Below are positions 1-10,400 of a DNA stretch of 64,000 nt, piece after piece. Both the position numbers and the translations under genes were made by a program. Positions within the stretch are counted from its first letter, which is position 1. Every line of letters starts with the position of its first letter. The notes under the pieces were generated by a model. That model had not been told where the DNA came from. It ran no database searches and worked only from the letters and a program-made list of their open reading frames with translations. Origin of the DNA: an uncultured Verrucomicrobiota bacterium (GTDB lineage: Bacteria; Verrucomicrobiota; Kiritimatiellia; CAIKKV01; CAYSLU01); the NCBI GenBank assembly GCA_964431965.1, contig CAYSLU010000013.1:899-64898 (forward strand). Direction: 5' to 3'.

Positions 1-709
1 CCAGCGCCATGTTGGACGGCAGGGTCCACGGCGTGGTCGTCCAGGCCAGGAGGTAGGCGTTCGGCTCGCCGTCCACGCGGAAGCGGATGGTGATGGCGGG
101 GTCGTTCACGTCCTCGTACCCCTGGCCGGTCTCGAAGTTCGAGAGCGGCGTCGCGCAGCGCGGGCAGTACCATACGATCCGGTGGCCCTCGTAGATGAGG
201 CCCTTGTCCCAGAGCGTCTTGAACACCCACCAGATGGACTCCATGTAGGCGGGGTCCATGGTCTTGTAGTCGCGGTCGAAGTCGACCCAGCGGCCCATTC
301 GGGTGACGACCTCCTGCCACTCGCGGGTGTACCGGAGCACGATGCTGCGGCAGTGCTCGTTGAACACGTCCACGCCCATCTTCTCGATGTCGCGCTTGCC
401 GCTGATCTTGAGCGTCTGCTCCATCTCGTACTCGACGGGCAGGCCATGGCAGTCCCAGCCGAAGCGGCGGTCGACGTAGTGGCCGCGCATGGTGTGGTAG
501 CGCGGGACGATGTCCTTGATGGTGCCGGCGAGCAGGTGCCCGTAGTGGGGGAGCCCGGTGGCGAACGGAGGGCCGTCGTAGAAGACGTACTCCGGAGAGC
601 CGCGGCGGTTCTCGAGCGATCGCTTGAATGTCCCGTGCTCCTTCCAGAACGCCAGCACGTCCTGCTCCAGCGCGGGGAAATCCATCTTCTTCGACACGGG
701 CGCGAACAT
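1..709 (-). CDS. ileS: isoleucyl-tRNA synthetase, N-terminal part; the gene continues beyond the window start
   Basis: My own reverse-complement translation from the ATG at 709-707 gives [28 protein letters not shown]...[18 protein letters not shown]...[12 protein letters not shown]...[14 protein letters not shown]. The class-I HIGH motif (PHYGH) and the GWDCHGLP block match IleS. The supplied ORF track does not list this frame, probably because there is no in-window stop. Confidence 0.85.
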   Translation of the reverse strand, partial: MFAPVSKKMDFPALEQDVLAFWKEHGTFKRSLENRRGSPEYVFYDGPPFATGLPHYGHLLAGTIKDIVPRYHTMRGHYVDRRFGWDCHGLPVEYEMEQTLKISGKRDIEKMGVDVFNEHCRSIVLRYTREWQEVVTRMGRWVDFDRDYKTMDPAYMESIWWVFKTLWDKGLIYEGHRIVWYCPRCATPLSNFETGQGYEDVNDPAITIRFRVDGEPNAYLLAWTTTPWTLPSNMAL

Positions 710-887
710 AGGCACATCTCGCTTTCTGACCTCCGCCCTTTCTCTGTCGGGCGAAGCGGGCACACATTAGCCCAGCGGCTCGGGGCGGATCAAACCATTA
801 GGTGGTTGACGCCGCGCGGCGGCTTCGTGTTCTATGGCGCCTGTCCGGTTCGGCAGGAAGCGGCCGGCGAGAGAAGGGGATCGACGC

Positions 888-1985
888 ATGAGCACGCGGT
901 TGGCTTATCTGGACGGCGACTGGGATCAGGCGCGCGATGTGTTCACGTCATGGTGGCGGCACCAGAAGCCGTCGCGGCCGCTCATCTCCGTCCAAGGCCC
1001 TCGCGAGAGGCCGATTCCGGGGCCGAAGGCGCCGCCGGCGCCGGCCGATGCGAAGGCCATGTGGCTCGACTCCGAGGGCAACCTGGCCCGGTTCGAGCAG
1101 CACCTTCGGAAGAACTGGCATGGCGGGGCCTGCTTCCCCTACATCACCGCCGGGCTGGGCCCGGGCAACATCAACCTCTACCTCGGCTCCAAGCCGGGCT
1201 TTGCGCCGGACACCGTCTGGTACAATCCGTGCTTCGACGATCCCGCCAAGGCCGATCTGAAGTTCGACCCCGACAACGAGTACTGGCAGTGGACCCTCCG
1301 CACCACGCGGCTCTACCAGCAGGCCGCGCGCGGCAAGTTCGTCTGCGGCATCCCCGACCTGATCGAGGGGCTGGACATCCTGGCCGGCGTGCTGGGCACC
1401 CAGGAACTGCTGGCGTACCTGCTGGACTGCCCGCAGGAAATCCACCGCTTGCTTCGGCAGATGGACGATCTCTACTGGAAGTACTTCGACCCGCTGTACG
1501 ATATCGTCAAGGACGAGAGGGACGGCAACGCGTTCATCGCCTTCCAGATCTGGGGGCCGGGGCGAACGCTCAAGACCCAGTGTGACTTCGCGGCGATGAT
1601 TTCGCCGGACATGTTTGCCGAGTTCGTGTGCCCGTACTTGGAGCGACAGTGCGCGCGGGCGGACTTCTCGGTGTTCCATCTCGACGGCCCCAGCTGCATC
1701 TGCCACCTCCCGTTGTTGCTGAAGGTGCCGAGCTTGAAGGCGATCCAGTGGACGCCCGGTGCGGGGTCCCTGAGCTCCAACTCAGCCAGTCCCGTCTGGT
1801 GGAAGACGATCTGGGAGAAGGTCTACGCCTCGGGCAAGTCGGCGCTGGTGCTGGGTAACCCGCCCGAGCTAGTCGAGCCCTTCCTCAAGGAGTTCGGCTG
1901 GACCGGAACCTTCCTGAGCACGGGCTGCGACACCGAGGGCGCCGGACAGCGGATGCTGGCCGACTCGATGAACTGGGGCTCGTAG
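888..1985 (+). CDS. hypothetical protein, possibly a URO-D/MtaA-like TIM-barrel enzyme
   Basis: A 383-aa ORF with non-repetitive composition. The preferred start is the in-frame ATG at 888 (MSTRLAYLDGDW...), preceded by the SD-like AGAAGGGGA. It is divergent from ileS. The family assignment is a weak impression only. Confidence 0.5.
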   Translation: MSTRLAYLDGDWDQARDVFTSWWRHQKPSRPLISVQGPRERPIPGPKAPPAPADAKAMWLDSEGNLARFEQHLRKNWHGGACFPYITAGLGPGNINLYLGSKPGFAPDTVWYNPCFDDPAKADLKFDPDNEYWQWTLRTTRLYQQAARGKFVCGIPDLIEGLDILAGVLGTQELLAYLLDCPQEIHRLLRQMDDLYWKYFDPLYDIVKDERDGNAFIAFQIWGPGRTLKTQCDFAAMISPDMFAEFVCPYLERQCARADFSVFHLDGPSCICHLPLLLKVPSLKAIQWTPGAGSLSSNSASPVWWKTIWEKVYASGKSALVLGNPPELVEPFLKEFGWTGTFLSTGCDTEGAGQRMLADSMNWGS

Positions 1986-1998
1986 CCTGGGCGCCTGC

Positions 1999-2622
1999 TC
2001 AGGCCGCGCCCGGCAGCGCCGGCTTCAGCGCATCGAACACCATTCCGGCGTACTGGCGGTTGCCTTCGGCGGTCAGGTGGATGCCGTCGCCCGTCAGGAA
2101 CCGGGTCAGGTCCACTCGCCACTCCGTCATCAGGCGGGGCAGATCGATGGCGCACACCTTCAGCTCATCAGCCAGTTCGCGGATGGCGGCTTCGTAGGGC
2201 TCGTAGCTCTCCTCGTACGGCTGCCCGTTGCCCTGGACCAGCACGTCGTGCTGGATGTGGTTCACGATCAGCACGACTGTGCCGCCGCGCGTCGTCACGA
2301 TGCGATAGATCTCCCTCATCTTGACCTTGAACTCCGGGACCGTCACCTTGGGCACCATCGTCTGGGCGGGAACCACCGCGTCGTTGAACCCGAACTCCAC
2401 CAGCACGATGGCCGGGAGCCATGGGACGACGTCGCTGAACATCCGGTCCAGCCCCTGTGCCGCCGTCTGGCCGCCGATGCCCCGGTTGAATACCTTGAAC
2501 GCACCCGGCGAAGCGCGGTCGAGCGTCTGCTGCAGGACGCCCGTCCACCGGTCGCAGTCGGGCTGGTCGAACGCCTGGGTGATCGAGTCGCCGAGGCAGA
2601 TGATGCGGGTGGCGTCGGGCAT
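1999..2622 (-). CDS. SGNH/GDSL-family hydrolase (lipase/acylesterase-like)
   Basis: The N-terminal block CLGDSIT is the GDSL motif with the catalytic Ser. The C-terminal DGIHLT is the Asp-x-x-His catalytic motif. Length is 207 aa. Confidence 0.8.
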   Translation of the reverse strand: MPDATRIICLGDSITQAFDQPDCDRWTGVLQQTLDRASPGAFKVFNRGIGGQTAAQGLDRMFSDVVPWLPAIVLVEFGFNDAVVPAQTMVPKVTVPEFKVKMREIYRIVTTRGGTVVLIVNHIQHDVLVQGNGQPYEESYEPYEAAIRELADELKVCAIDLPRLMTEWRVDLTRFLTGDGIHLTAEGNRQYAGMVFDALKPALPGAA

Positions 2623-2635
2623 GTTCGGTCCTTCC

Positions 2636-3523
2636 TCATTCCGTCTGGCGCGCGGAATCGTCCCGCGCGCGGATCGTCAGAATCGCGGGAACAGGGCGTA
2701 TCTTCACGGAGCCCAGCGAGCGGTCGGAGGGGCTGTTCACGACTGACAGCCGCCCGTCAGATCCCCGGAGGGTCATGATGCTGCTGCCGCCGCCGTCCAG
2801 ATTGGCCGCGCTCCAGCATCCGATCCCGCGCATGAGGTCGGCCAGCTCACGGCGTGACATGCCCTCGCTGAGCCCCTTCTGGCGCCCATCGACCACCACG
2901 AGCCAGAGCGTGCGGCCGGACTCATCGAGTCCGATCGCCGTGCGCGGGGCCAGGTTCGCGTCCGGGCCGGGAAGCGAGGCGCCGCCACGGACGATCTGGT
3001 CCCAGCCGGCCAGTCCTTCCCGCGGCACCTGGTTGGTTGGGACGGGGCCGATCGTCAGCCGGCCACGCGCGTCGATCCACACGGGGAAGGACGACCGGTC
3101 GGACGGGCTTTGCACGAAGCCGTTTGTAGCGGCCAGGCCGATGATGTCCACGGGCTGCCCCGCGTACCAGTCGCGGTTCCTCTTGCCGTCTGCGTCCGGA
3201 AGAGCGTCCCAGGGGTTCGTGTTGATGAAGGCGAAAACCGGTCCGTCTCCGGCCAGGGCGAACGGATCGGTCAGCGTGGCCTCGGCGGGACCGCCGCCGT
3301 CCGGGTCGCGTCCGAGCGCCACGGCGAGCGTGAACCCGCGGTCCTCCGTGTCGATCCGGAGGATGCTGGCGCGGTTGGGGCGCGGAACCGTGAGCTCGCG
3401 CCGCTCCAGCTGCACGCCCGGAGGGGGCGGGCCGGGGCAGTCCGGCGCCGCGGCGCATCCGGTCCCGGCGAGGGCGATGGCGGCCGCCACGCACAGGGGC
3501 CATGTCGGGGCGCTCGGCATCAC
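2636..3523 (-). CDS. secreted phosphodiester glycosidase-family protein (NAGPA/DUF2233-like)
   Basis: It has an N-terminal signal peptide with a Cys-containing lipobox-like region. The LDGGGSS motif is typical of the phosphodiester glycosidase family. Confidence 0.55.
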   Translation of the reverse strand: MMPSAPTWPLCVAAAIALAGTGCAAAPDCPGPPPPGVQLERRELTVPRPNRASILRIDTEDRGFTLAVALGRDPDGGGPAEATLTDPFALAGDGPVFAFINTNPWDALPDADGKRNRDWYAGQPVDIIGLAATNGFVQSPSDRSSFPVWIDARGRLTIGPVPTNQVPREGLAGWDQIVRGGASLPGPDANLAPRTAIGLDESGRTLWLVVVDGRQKGLSEGMSRRELADLMRGIGCWSAANLDGGGSSIMTLRGSDGRLSVVNSPSDRSLGSVKIRPVPAILTIRARDDSARQTE

Positions 3524-3528
3524 GCGGG

Positions 3529-4308
3529 CTACTCCGGCTTCTGCGCGAAGAAGACCTTGCGGTGGTTCGTCGCGAGCGGGTGAGGGGAGAGAACAGGCGG
3601 GAACAGGACGAACCGGCGGACCACATCGGGCGCGAAGTTCGACTCGTCCACGGTGGTCACGCGGAAACCGGCCGCCTGGAGCTGGGCCGGGAAGTCGGAC
3701 CCGAAGATGCGCAGGTGATCATCCTGGCCGAACGCGGCTATGCGGCCTTCGGGAGTCACGATGGACGCATCTTCGTAGGTGCGCTCCTCGTTGTCGCGCT
3801 GCGGGACGGTCAGGACGGCCCATCCGCCCGGTGCGAGCACGCGGCGGATCTCCGCCAGCGCGCGGCCGACGTCCGGCACGTGCTCCAGGACGTCGCAGGC
3901 GATTAGCGCGTCGAAGGATCCGTCGGCGATGCCCTCCAGGCGGCACAGGTCCAGCTGCAGGTCGCACGTCGGGTCGAAGGGGTCGCAGGTCACGTACCGG
4001 GCCGCGTGGCCAGCGAGCGGGGCGCGCAGGATCTTCTCGGGGGCGATGTGCAGGATGCGCTTGCCGCCGAAGAGCGCGTCGCGGCGCAGGGCCGGCAGGG
4101 CATCGATCGCCTGGACGAACAGGCGGTGCCGGATGTGCGAGACGCATCGCGGGCACAGGGTGAAGGGGTGCCAGGCATCGCCGAAGAAGCAGCGCCCGCG
4201 CCAGCCGCAGACGTTGCACGCCACGCGCACGGGCCAGCGGCACGCGAGGATCCGTGCCTCCCGCGCGATTTGCCGCCCGAGCCGCTGCAGCCGCCACACG
4301 CCGCGCAT
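3529..4308 (-). CDS. class I SAM-dependent methyltransferase with an N-terminal Cys4 zinc-ribbon
   Basis: CNVCGWRG...CPRCV is a Cys4 ribbon. It is followed by a methyltransferase fold (ILHIAPE...ALIACDVLEHVPD...LAPGGWAVL). Confidence 0.7.
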   Translation of the reverse strand: MRGVWRLQRLGRQIAREARILACRWPVRVACNVCGWRGRCFFGDAWHPFTLCPRCVSHIRHRLFVQAIDALPALRRDALFGGKRILHIAPEKILRAPLAGHAARYVTCDPFDPTCDLQLDLCRLEGIADGSFDALIACDVLEHVPDVGRALAEIRRVLAPGGWAVLTVPQRDNEERTYEDASIVTPEGRIAAFGQDDHLRIFGSDFPAQLQAAGFRVTTVDESNFAPDVVRRFVLFPPVLSPHPLATNHRKVFFAQKPE

Positions 4309-4519
4309 GGTGATGCCTCCGTTGAATCCCGGGCCGTCCGTCGATGGCCCGGAGAATACGGGGCGAGACTATAGCCTGCGTGCCCCGCGATGATCCAGCC
4401 TGCTGTTGCGAGCTCCGTTGCCTCTAGCCGCAAGAAGGCGCGCGGGGGCGGACGGGGATCGAAGGGGAGCGGGGGGCGTGGTAGCATCTGGGCGTGCGTG
4501 ACTGGGGAGGGCATGAGCC

Positions 4520-6007
4520 GTGATGCTGCCGGACAAGGTGAAGCAGAAGCTGCGGGCGCTGCCCGATCAGCCGGGCTGCTACATCATGCGCGATGCCCGC
4601 GGGTCGATCATCTACGTGGGCAAGGCCGCGTCCCTGCGCAAGCGCGTGCAGTCCTACTTCCGCGACGCGACGGCGCGGCGCGGCGATCCCAAGGTCCGCA
4701 GCCTGGTGCACAGCGTCGCGGACCTCGACCTCATCGTGACGCGCACCGAGGCGGAGGCGATCCTGACCGAGGGGCAGCTGATCAAGGACTATCGGCCCCG
4801 GTACAACGTCAGCTTCCGCGACGACAAGCGCTTCCTCCTGCTTCGTGTGAATCCCGCGGATCCGCTCCCGGAGTTCAAGGCCGTCCGATTCTCGCGGGAC
4901 GACGGCGCCCGCTACTTCGGGCCATACGCGTCATCGGCCGCCGCGCGGGCGGCGCTGGACTTTGTGGAGAAGCGCTTTGGCATCCGGAAGTGTCCCCCGA
5001 GGGTTCCCACCGAGGAGGATCATCGCCACTGCATAAACGACATCGTCCGGTTCTGCTCGGCCCCGTGCATCGGGAAGGTGACGGCGGCGGAGTATCACGC
5101 GCGAGTCGCCGAGGCCGGGGCATTCCTGGAGGGCGAGCGCCCCGAGCTGCTGAAGGAGTTGCGTGAGGCCATGACAGCGGCGGCGGCGGCACGTGAGTTC
5201 GAGCGGGCGGCGGCGCTGCGGGACACGCTCCTGCTGCTGCAGGCGGTCGTCCGTCAGCGGAACCGGCTGGGCCTGACGCCGGAGCTGGCCGCGTCCGAAG
5301 GCCTGGCTGGCGTGGCGGAGCTGCAGCGCGTCCTCGAGGCGGATTCCCCCCCCCGCGTGATCGAGGCGTTCGACATATCCAACATATCGGGCACGCACTC
5401 CGTTGCGAGCATGGTCTGTGCGGTTGACGGGATCCCGCAGCGGAACCGCTACCGGCGGTTCCGCATCCGGACGGTCGAGCAGTCCGATGATCCGGCGATG
5501 ATGGCGGAGGTGATCCGCCGCCGGTATCAGCGCGTGCTGGCGGAGGGGGCCGCGCTGCCGGATCTGGTGCTGGTCGATGGCGGCATCACGCAGCTCCAGG
5601 CCGCGCGGCGGGAGCTTGAGCGGCTCGGCCTGCGCCAGCTGGCGGCGGCGGGGCTGGCGAAGCGGTTCGAGGAGCTCTACCGGCCGGGGCGGAGCGAGCC
5701 GCTGCTGCTGCCCCGCGATTCCCGCGCGCTGCGGGTGCTGCAGCGGCTGCGCGACGAGGCCCACCGGTTCGCCCTGACGTACCATCGCCAGCTGCGGGCG
5801 CGCCGGCTGCGCGATTCCGCGCTCGACGACGTGCCCGGCCTGGGCGAGAAGCGCAAGCGGGCCCTCCTGGAGCGGTTCGGGTCGCTGCGCCGCCTGATGC
5901 GCGCGTCTGCCGATGAGATCGCGGGGGTGGCGGGGATCGGACCGGGGCTGTCGCGTTCGGTCCTCGAGCACCTGGGTGTCGTGGCTCCGGCCGATGGGGA
6001 GCCCTGA
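4520..6007 (+). CDS. uvrC: excinuclease ABC subunit C
   Basis: It has a GIY-YIG N-terminus (GCYIMRDARGSIIYVGKA), a UVR motif (EFERAAALRDTL), an RNase H-like endonuclease block (RVIEAFDISN) and a C-terminal (HhH)2 (VPGLGEKRKRALLERFGS...IAGVAGIG). At 495 aa it is compact. Confidence 0.85.
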   Translation: MMLPDKVKQKLRALPDQPGCYIMRDARGSIIYVGKAASLRKRVQSYFRDATARRGDPKVRSLVHSVADLDLIVTRTEAEAILTEGQLIKDYRPRYNVSFRDDKRFLLLRVNPADPLPEFKAVRFSRDDGARYFGPYASSAAARAALDFVEKRFGIRKCPPRVPTEEDHRHCINDIVRFCSAPCIGKVTAAEYHARVAEAGAFLEGERPELLKELREAMTAAAAAREFERAAALRDTLLLLQAVVRQRNRLGLTPELAASEGLAGVAELQRVLEADSPPRVIEAFDISNISGTHSVASMVCAVDGIPQRNRYRRFRIRTVEQSDDPAMMAEVIRRRYQRVLAEGAALPDLVLVDGGITQLQAARRELERLGLRQLAAAGLAKRFEELYRPGRSEPLLLPRDSRALRVLQRLRDEAHRFALTYHRQLRARRLRDSALDDVPGLGEKRKRALLERFGSLRRLMRASADEIAGVAGIGPGLSRSVLEHLGVVAPADGEP

Positions 6008-6028
6008 CGCCGCCGGGGGGGAGGGGCA

Positions 6029-7435
6029 TCAGGTCAGCGCGACCCGGTCTCCGTACGCGGGAACAGACGTCTCAAGCTGCCGGCGCTCCCGGACGTACGA
6101 GGCGAATGACTGCGCGGCGTCCGGCTCGCCGTGTGTAACGAACACGCGGCGAACCGGAGCTTGGAATCCGGACAGCCAGCGCAGCAGCTCGTCGCGATCC
6201 GCGTGGGCGGAGAAGCCGGTCAGCTGCTCCACGTGCGCCTGGACCCGGTAGACCTGGCCGAGGATCCGTACGTCCTTCACCCCGTCGGTGATGATGCGCC
6301 CCAGCGTGCCGACCGCCTGGTAGCCGACGAACACGACGGCGCTTTCGCGCCGCGTAATGTTCGACACGAGGTGGTGCTTGATTCGGCCGCCCGTGCACAT
6401 GCCCGACCCGGCGATGAGCACGGCGCTGCCCTTGACGCGGTTGATCGCCTTCGACTGATCGACGGACTCCACCATCACGAGGCCCGGGAATTCGAAGGGC
6501 GAGCGCCGGCCCTGGACCAGCCGGGTCATCTCCTCGTCGAACAGGTACGTGTGTCGCATGAACACGCGCGTGACGCTGACGGCCATGGGGCTGTCGATGA
6601 AGACCAGGACGTGCGGGATCGAGTTGGCGAGCAGCATCAGGTTCAGGTGGTACAGAATGTCCTGGGTCCGCTCAACGGCGAAGCTCGGGATCACGATGTT
6701 GCCGCCGGCGCGGCAGGTCCGGTCGATGATGGATCCGAGCTTTTCGGCGGACTGGTCGATCCGGTCGTGGAGGCGGTTGCCGTAGGTGGACTCGACGAGG
6801 ATGTAGTCCGCGCGCTCGAGGAGCGTGGGATCCCGGAGGATCGGGCTGTTCCAGCGGCCCAGGTCGCCGGAGAAGACGATCCGCCGCTCGGACGGGCCGG
6901 CGCCAAACCGGGCCTCGACCATCGCCGATCCGAGAATGTGCCCGGCGTCGTGGAGGGTGACGGACAGGTCGTCCGACAGCGCGTGGGCGACTCCGCAGCG
7001 GACGGTTTCGAAGCGCGTGGCCGCCAGCTCCGCGTCGTGGGGGGTGTAGAGCGGGCCCGGCGGCGGGTCCTTCTTCCTGCCCTCCTTCTCGTGGCGCCGG
7101 GCCTTGAAGGCCGCGTCCTCATCCTGTATCCGCGCCGTGTCGAGCATCTGGATCTTGGCGATCTCGGCCGTGGCGGGGGTGCAGACGACCGGCCCTCCGA
7201 ATCCCTCCCGGACGAGGCGCGGCAGCAGGCCGCAGTGGTCGAGGTGGGCGTGGGTGAGCACGACCGCATCGATCGACGACGGGGGGACCGGGAAGGGATC
7301 CCAGTTTCTGGACTGCAGCTGCCGTTCCTGATACAGGCCGCAGTCCACGAGCACGCGCAGCCCGCCCGCCTCGAGGAGGTAGCGGGAGCCGGTAACGCCG
7401 CCGGCGGCGCCGAGGAACCGAAGGCTGGCGGTCAT
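6029..7435 (-). CDS. MBL-fold beta-CASP metallo-hydrolase, a putative RNA-processing ribonuclease
   Basis: The in-frame ATG at 7435 (MTASLRFLGAAGG...) fits better than the 933-aa track ORF, whose first 465 aa are Arg-rich noise overlapping the upstream gene. The MBL motif THAHLDHCG is followed by beta-CASP/RMMBL blocks. The start overlaps the upstream gene's stop as ATGA. Confidence 0.75.
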   Translation of the reverse strand: MTASLRFLGAAGGVTGSRYLLEAGGLRVLVDCGLYQERQLQSRNWDPFPVPPSSIDAVVLTHAHLDHCGLLPRLVREGFGGPVVCTPATAEIAKIQMLDTARIQDEDAAFKARRHEKEGRKKDPPPGPLYTPHDAELAATRFETVRCGVAHALSDDLSVTLHDAGHILGSAMVEARFGAGPSERRIVFSGDLGRWNSPILRDPTLLERADYILVESTYGNRLHDRIDQSAEKLGSIIDRTCRAGGNIVIPSFAVERTQDILYHLNLMLLANSIPHVLVFIDSPMAVSVTRVFMRHTYLFDEEMTRLVQGRRSPFEFPGLVMVESVDQSKAINRVKGSAVLIAGSGMCTGGRIKHHLVSNITRRESAVVFVGYQAVGTLGRIITDGVKDVRILGQVYRVQAHVEQLTGFSAHADRDELLRWLSGFQAPVRRVFVTHGEPDAAQSFASYVRERRQLETSVPAYGDRVALT

Positions 7436-10400
7436 CCCCATATGACGAGCTCCGCTTCCTGCTTGCAGGCCAGGTTCCGGTTGCAGGGCATGACCCGGAT
7501 TCCGTAGGCGTGCGGCCCGTTCTCCTGAACCACGTAGTCGGCGGTCAGGGTCAGCGTGCCCTTCGTGTCCGGCACCGGCCGCAGCGGGACCGACTGGGGG
7601 TAGCCGATGAAATCGCGCCCATCCGTGCGCCCGATGATCAGCTCGGCGAGCACCTCGTCCGGCTCGAGCTGGCCGGGATCGACGCGCACGACGACGGAGA
7701 ACGGCTTCCCGACGACGATGGAGTCGCCGCGCGTTCCCTTCAAGCGCACGTCGAGGATGCGCAGCGAGGAGAACCGCATCGGAATGCGGCGCTTCCAGTC
7801 GGACGTTTCGCGGGCGAGCTTGAACCGGTCGGCGGCGACCAGCGCAGCGCGCTCCGCGGTGGGGATGTAGAGCTCGGAGAGGTACTCCTTGAGCATCCGC
7901 TCCGAGCTGAAGCGGGGGGCGAGCGTCTCGACCGCCCGCTTGCTCATGGCGACCCACTCTTGCGGGATGCCGGATGCGTCCCGGTTGAAATAGAGCCGGA
8001 CGATCGTGTCCTCGATGAGCGAGTAGAGCGACTTGCTGTCCGTCTCGAGCGAATCCTCGTCGTCCGGCGCCGGCGTCGTCGCCACCGGCCCGATCGTCCA
8101 CCCGTTCGTGCCGTCGTAGCCCTCGCACCACCAGCCGTCGGAGATGCTGAGGTTGAGCACCCCGTTGACGGCGGCCTTCTGGCCGCTGGTGCCGCTGGCC
8201 TCGAGCGGGCGGCGCGGCGTGTTCAGCCACACGTCGACGCCGCGCACCATGGCCCGCGCGGCGCGCAGGTCGTAGTCCTCGATGAAGAAGATGCGGCCCT
8301 TGAAGCGGGGCTCGTTGCACACGTCCACGACCTTCTTCAGGAGCTCGATTCCCATCCGGTCCTCCGGGTGGGCCTTTCCCGCGAAGAGGATCTGCACGGG
8401 CATGTCGTCGTCGCTCACGATGCGCTCGAGCCGCTCGAGGTCGGACAGGATCAGGTCCGCCCGCTTGTAGGGCGCGAACCGCCGCGCGAACCCGATCCAG
8501 AGCGCCGACGGGTTGATGAGGGACAGCAGCTCCTCCCGGTAGCTGCAGGACGCGCTGTACTTCGCCCAGCACCGCGTGATGTTCTCGCGGAGGAAGACCG
8601 CGAGCTTCTGCTTGAGCTCGACGCGCGTCTGCCAGAAGGCGGCGCTCGGGATGTCGCGGACGCGCTTCCATCGGTCGGTGCTGCTGATCCGGCGGGGCCA
8701 GTCGAGGCCGAGATAGGTGTTCAGCAGATCGGCCATCCGCGGGTCGATGAAGGACGGGGCGTGGATGCCGTTCGTGACGTGGGTGATCGGCACGTCGGAG
8801 TAGTGGAAGCCCTTCCACGCATCCTGCCACATGCGGCGCGAGACGAACTCGTGCATCCGGCTCACGGCGTTCCGCGCGTGGGAGAGCTTGAGGCCCATCA
8901 TGGTCATGTAGAACGGCTTGTCTTCGCCGGCCTCCCGGCGCCCGAGCTCCCAGAACTGGGACCAGCTGATGCCGACGCGCTGGACGTAGCTCGCGAAGTA
9001 GTACTCGATGATGTCCTTCGCGAAGCGCTCGTGCCCGGCCTCGACCGGGGTGTGCGTGGTGAAGGCGACGCGGGCGCGGACGGCCTCCTTGGCCTCGTCG
9101 AAGCTCAGTCCTTCATCGGCCATCATCTCGCGGATCAGCTCGAGGATGAGGAAGGCGGAGTGCCCCTCGTTCATGTGGTAGACGGAGGGGCGTATGCCGA
9201 GCTTGCGGAGCATGCGGACGCCGCCCATGCCCAGCAGGATCTCCTGCTCGATGCGCGTGCGGCGGTCGGCGCAGTAGAGCCGGGACGTGATGTGGCGGTC
9301 CTGCGGGGTGTTGCGGACGGTGTCGGTGTCCAGCAGGTAGAGCGGGACCCGGCCGACCTGGACTTCCCATATGCTGGCGTGCAGGGTGCGGCCCGGCAGG
9401 TCCAGCGTGATCTGAACGTCGTTCCCGCGGTCGTCGCGGACGACCTGGACCGGCATGTTCGAGAAGTCGCTGTCGGGGTACTCGGCGATCTGCCAGCCGG
9501 CGCGGTCGATGCGCTGGCGGAAGTAGCCCTGCCGGTAGAGCAGTCCGGCGCCGATCAGCGGGAGGTTAAGATCGCTGGACGATTTGAGGTGGTCGCCCGA
9601 CAGGACGCCGAGCCCGCCGGAGTAGACGGGCAGGCACTCGTGAATGCCGTACTCGGTGGAAAAATAGGCGACCGGCGAGGACCACTTGATGCGGCCGCGG
9701 GGCTCGGCTGCCGCGCTCTGCGACTTGTCGTGCATGTACTCGTCAAACTGCTGCAGGATCTGGGCGTAGAGGGCGGTGTACCCCTCGTCCCGCGCCATTT
9801 CCTGGAGCCGGGCCGGCGAGACGGATTCGAGCATCCGGACGGGATTGTTCTCCATCGAATCCCAGAGGTGCGGGTCGAGGTGGGAGAAGAGCGAGAGCGC
9901 GCGCGGGTTCCAGGCCCACCACAGGTTGTACGCCAGCTCGCGGAGCCGGATGAGGTTCTGGGGCAGGTTCACCTCGGCTGTCACGATGCGGAAGTGGGGC
10001 TGGGACGAGCCGGTGCCGACGAAGGCGTGCTTGAGCTCTTCCTTCGGCCCGGCGATTCCCTGCGAGCGGCGGCGGGCCGCCTGCTCGAGCGCGACGTCGT
10101 AGGCGCGGCGGTAGTGCCCGTAGAAGTCCTTCCACTGGGCGTGCTCGGCCACCCGGCGGGCGGACGCCCGCCGCTGGGCGAGCTCCGCGTCGGACCAGCC
10201 GATCACCCCGCGCAGGATTTGATGCAGCTCGCCGGCGATGGTCGGCATGTCCTTCTTCTGCCGGTCCAGCAGGATCACGCCGCCGTTCTGGCCGTCGGTG
10301 GTTTCGCGCGCCCAGAGCCCGAAGCCGGCCTGATCGGTCGTGACGGTCGGCACGGCGAACGCGGCGCTTTCGAGGGGGGTGTAGCCCCACGGCTCGTAGT

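Noticed and set aside
106-765. A 219-aa minus-strand ORF from the track at the window start
   Set aside because: It is in the wrong frame. The real gene here is ileS, in a different minus-strand frame that runs off the window edge. The track ORF translates as Ser/Thr/Arg noise.
6007-6029. Possible bidirectional terminator between convergent uvrC and the MBL gene
   Set aside because: There is only a partial inverted repeat (CCTGACG / CATCAGG), with no convincing stem or T-tract.
6029-8830. A 933-aa ORF treated as one gene
   Set aside because: The N-terminal 465 aa overlap the synthase-phosphorylase gene out of frame and are Arg-rich noise. The real gene starts at the internal ATG 7435 (MTASLRF...).
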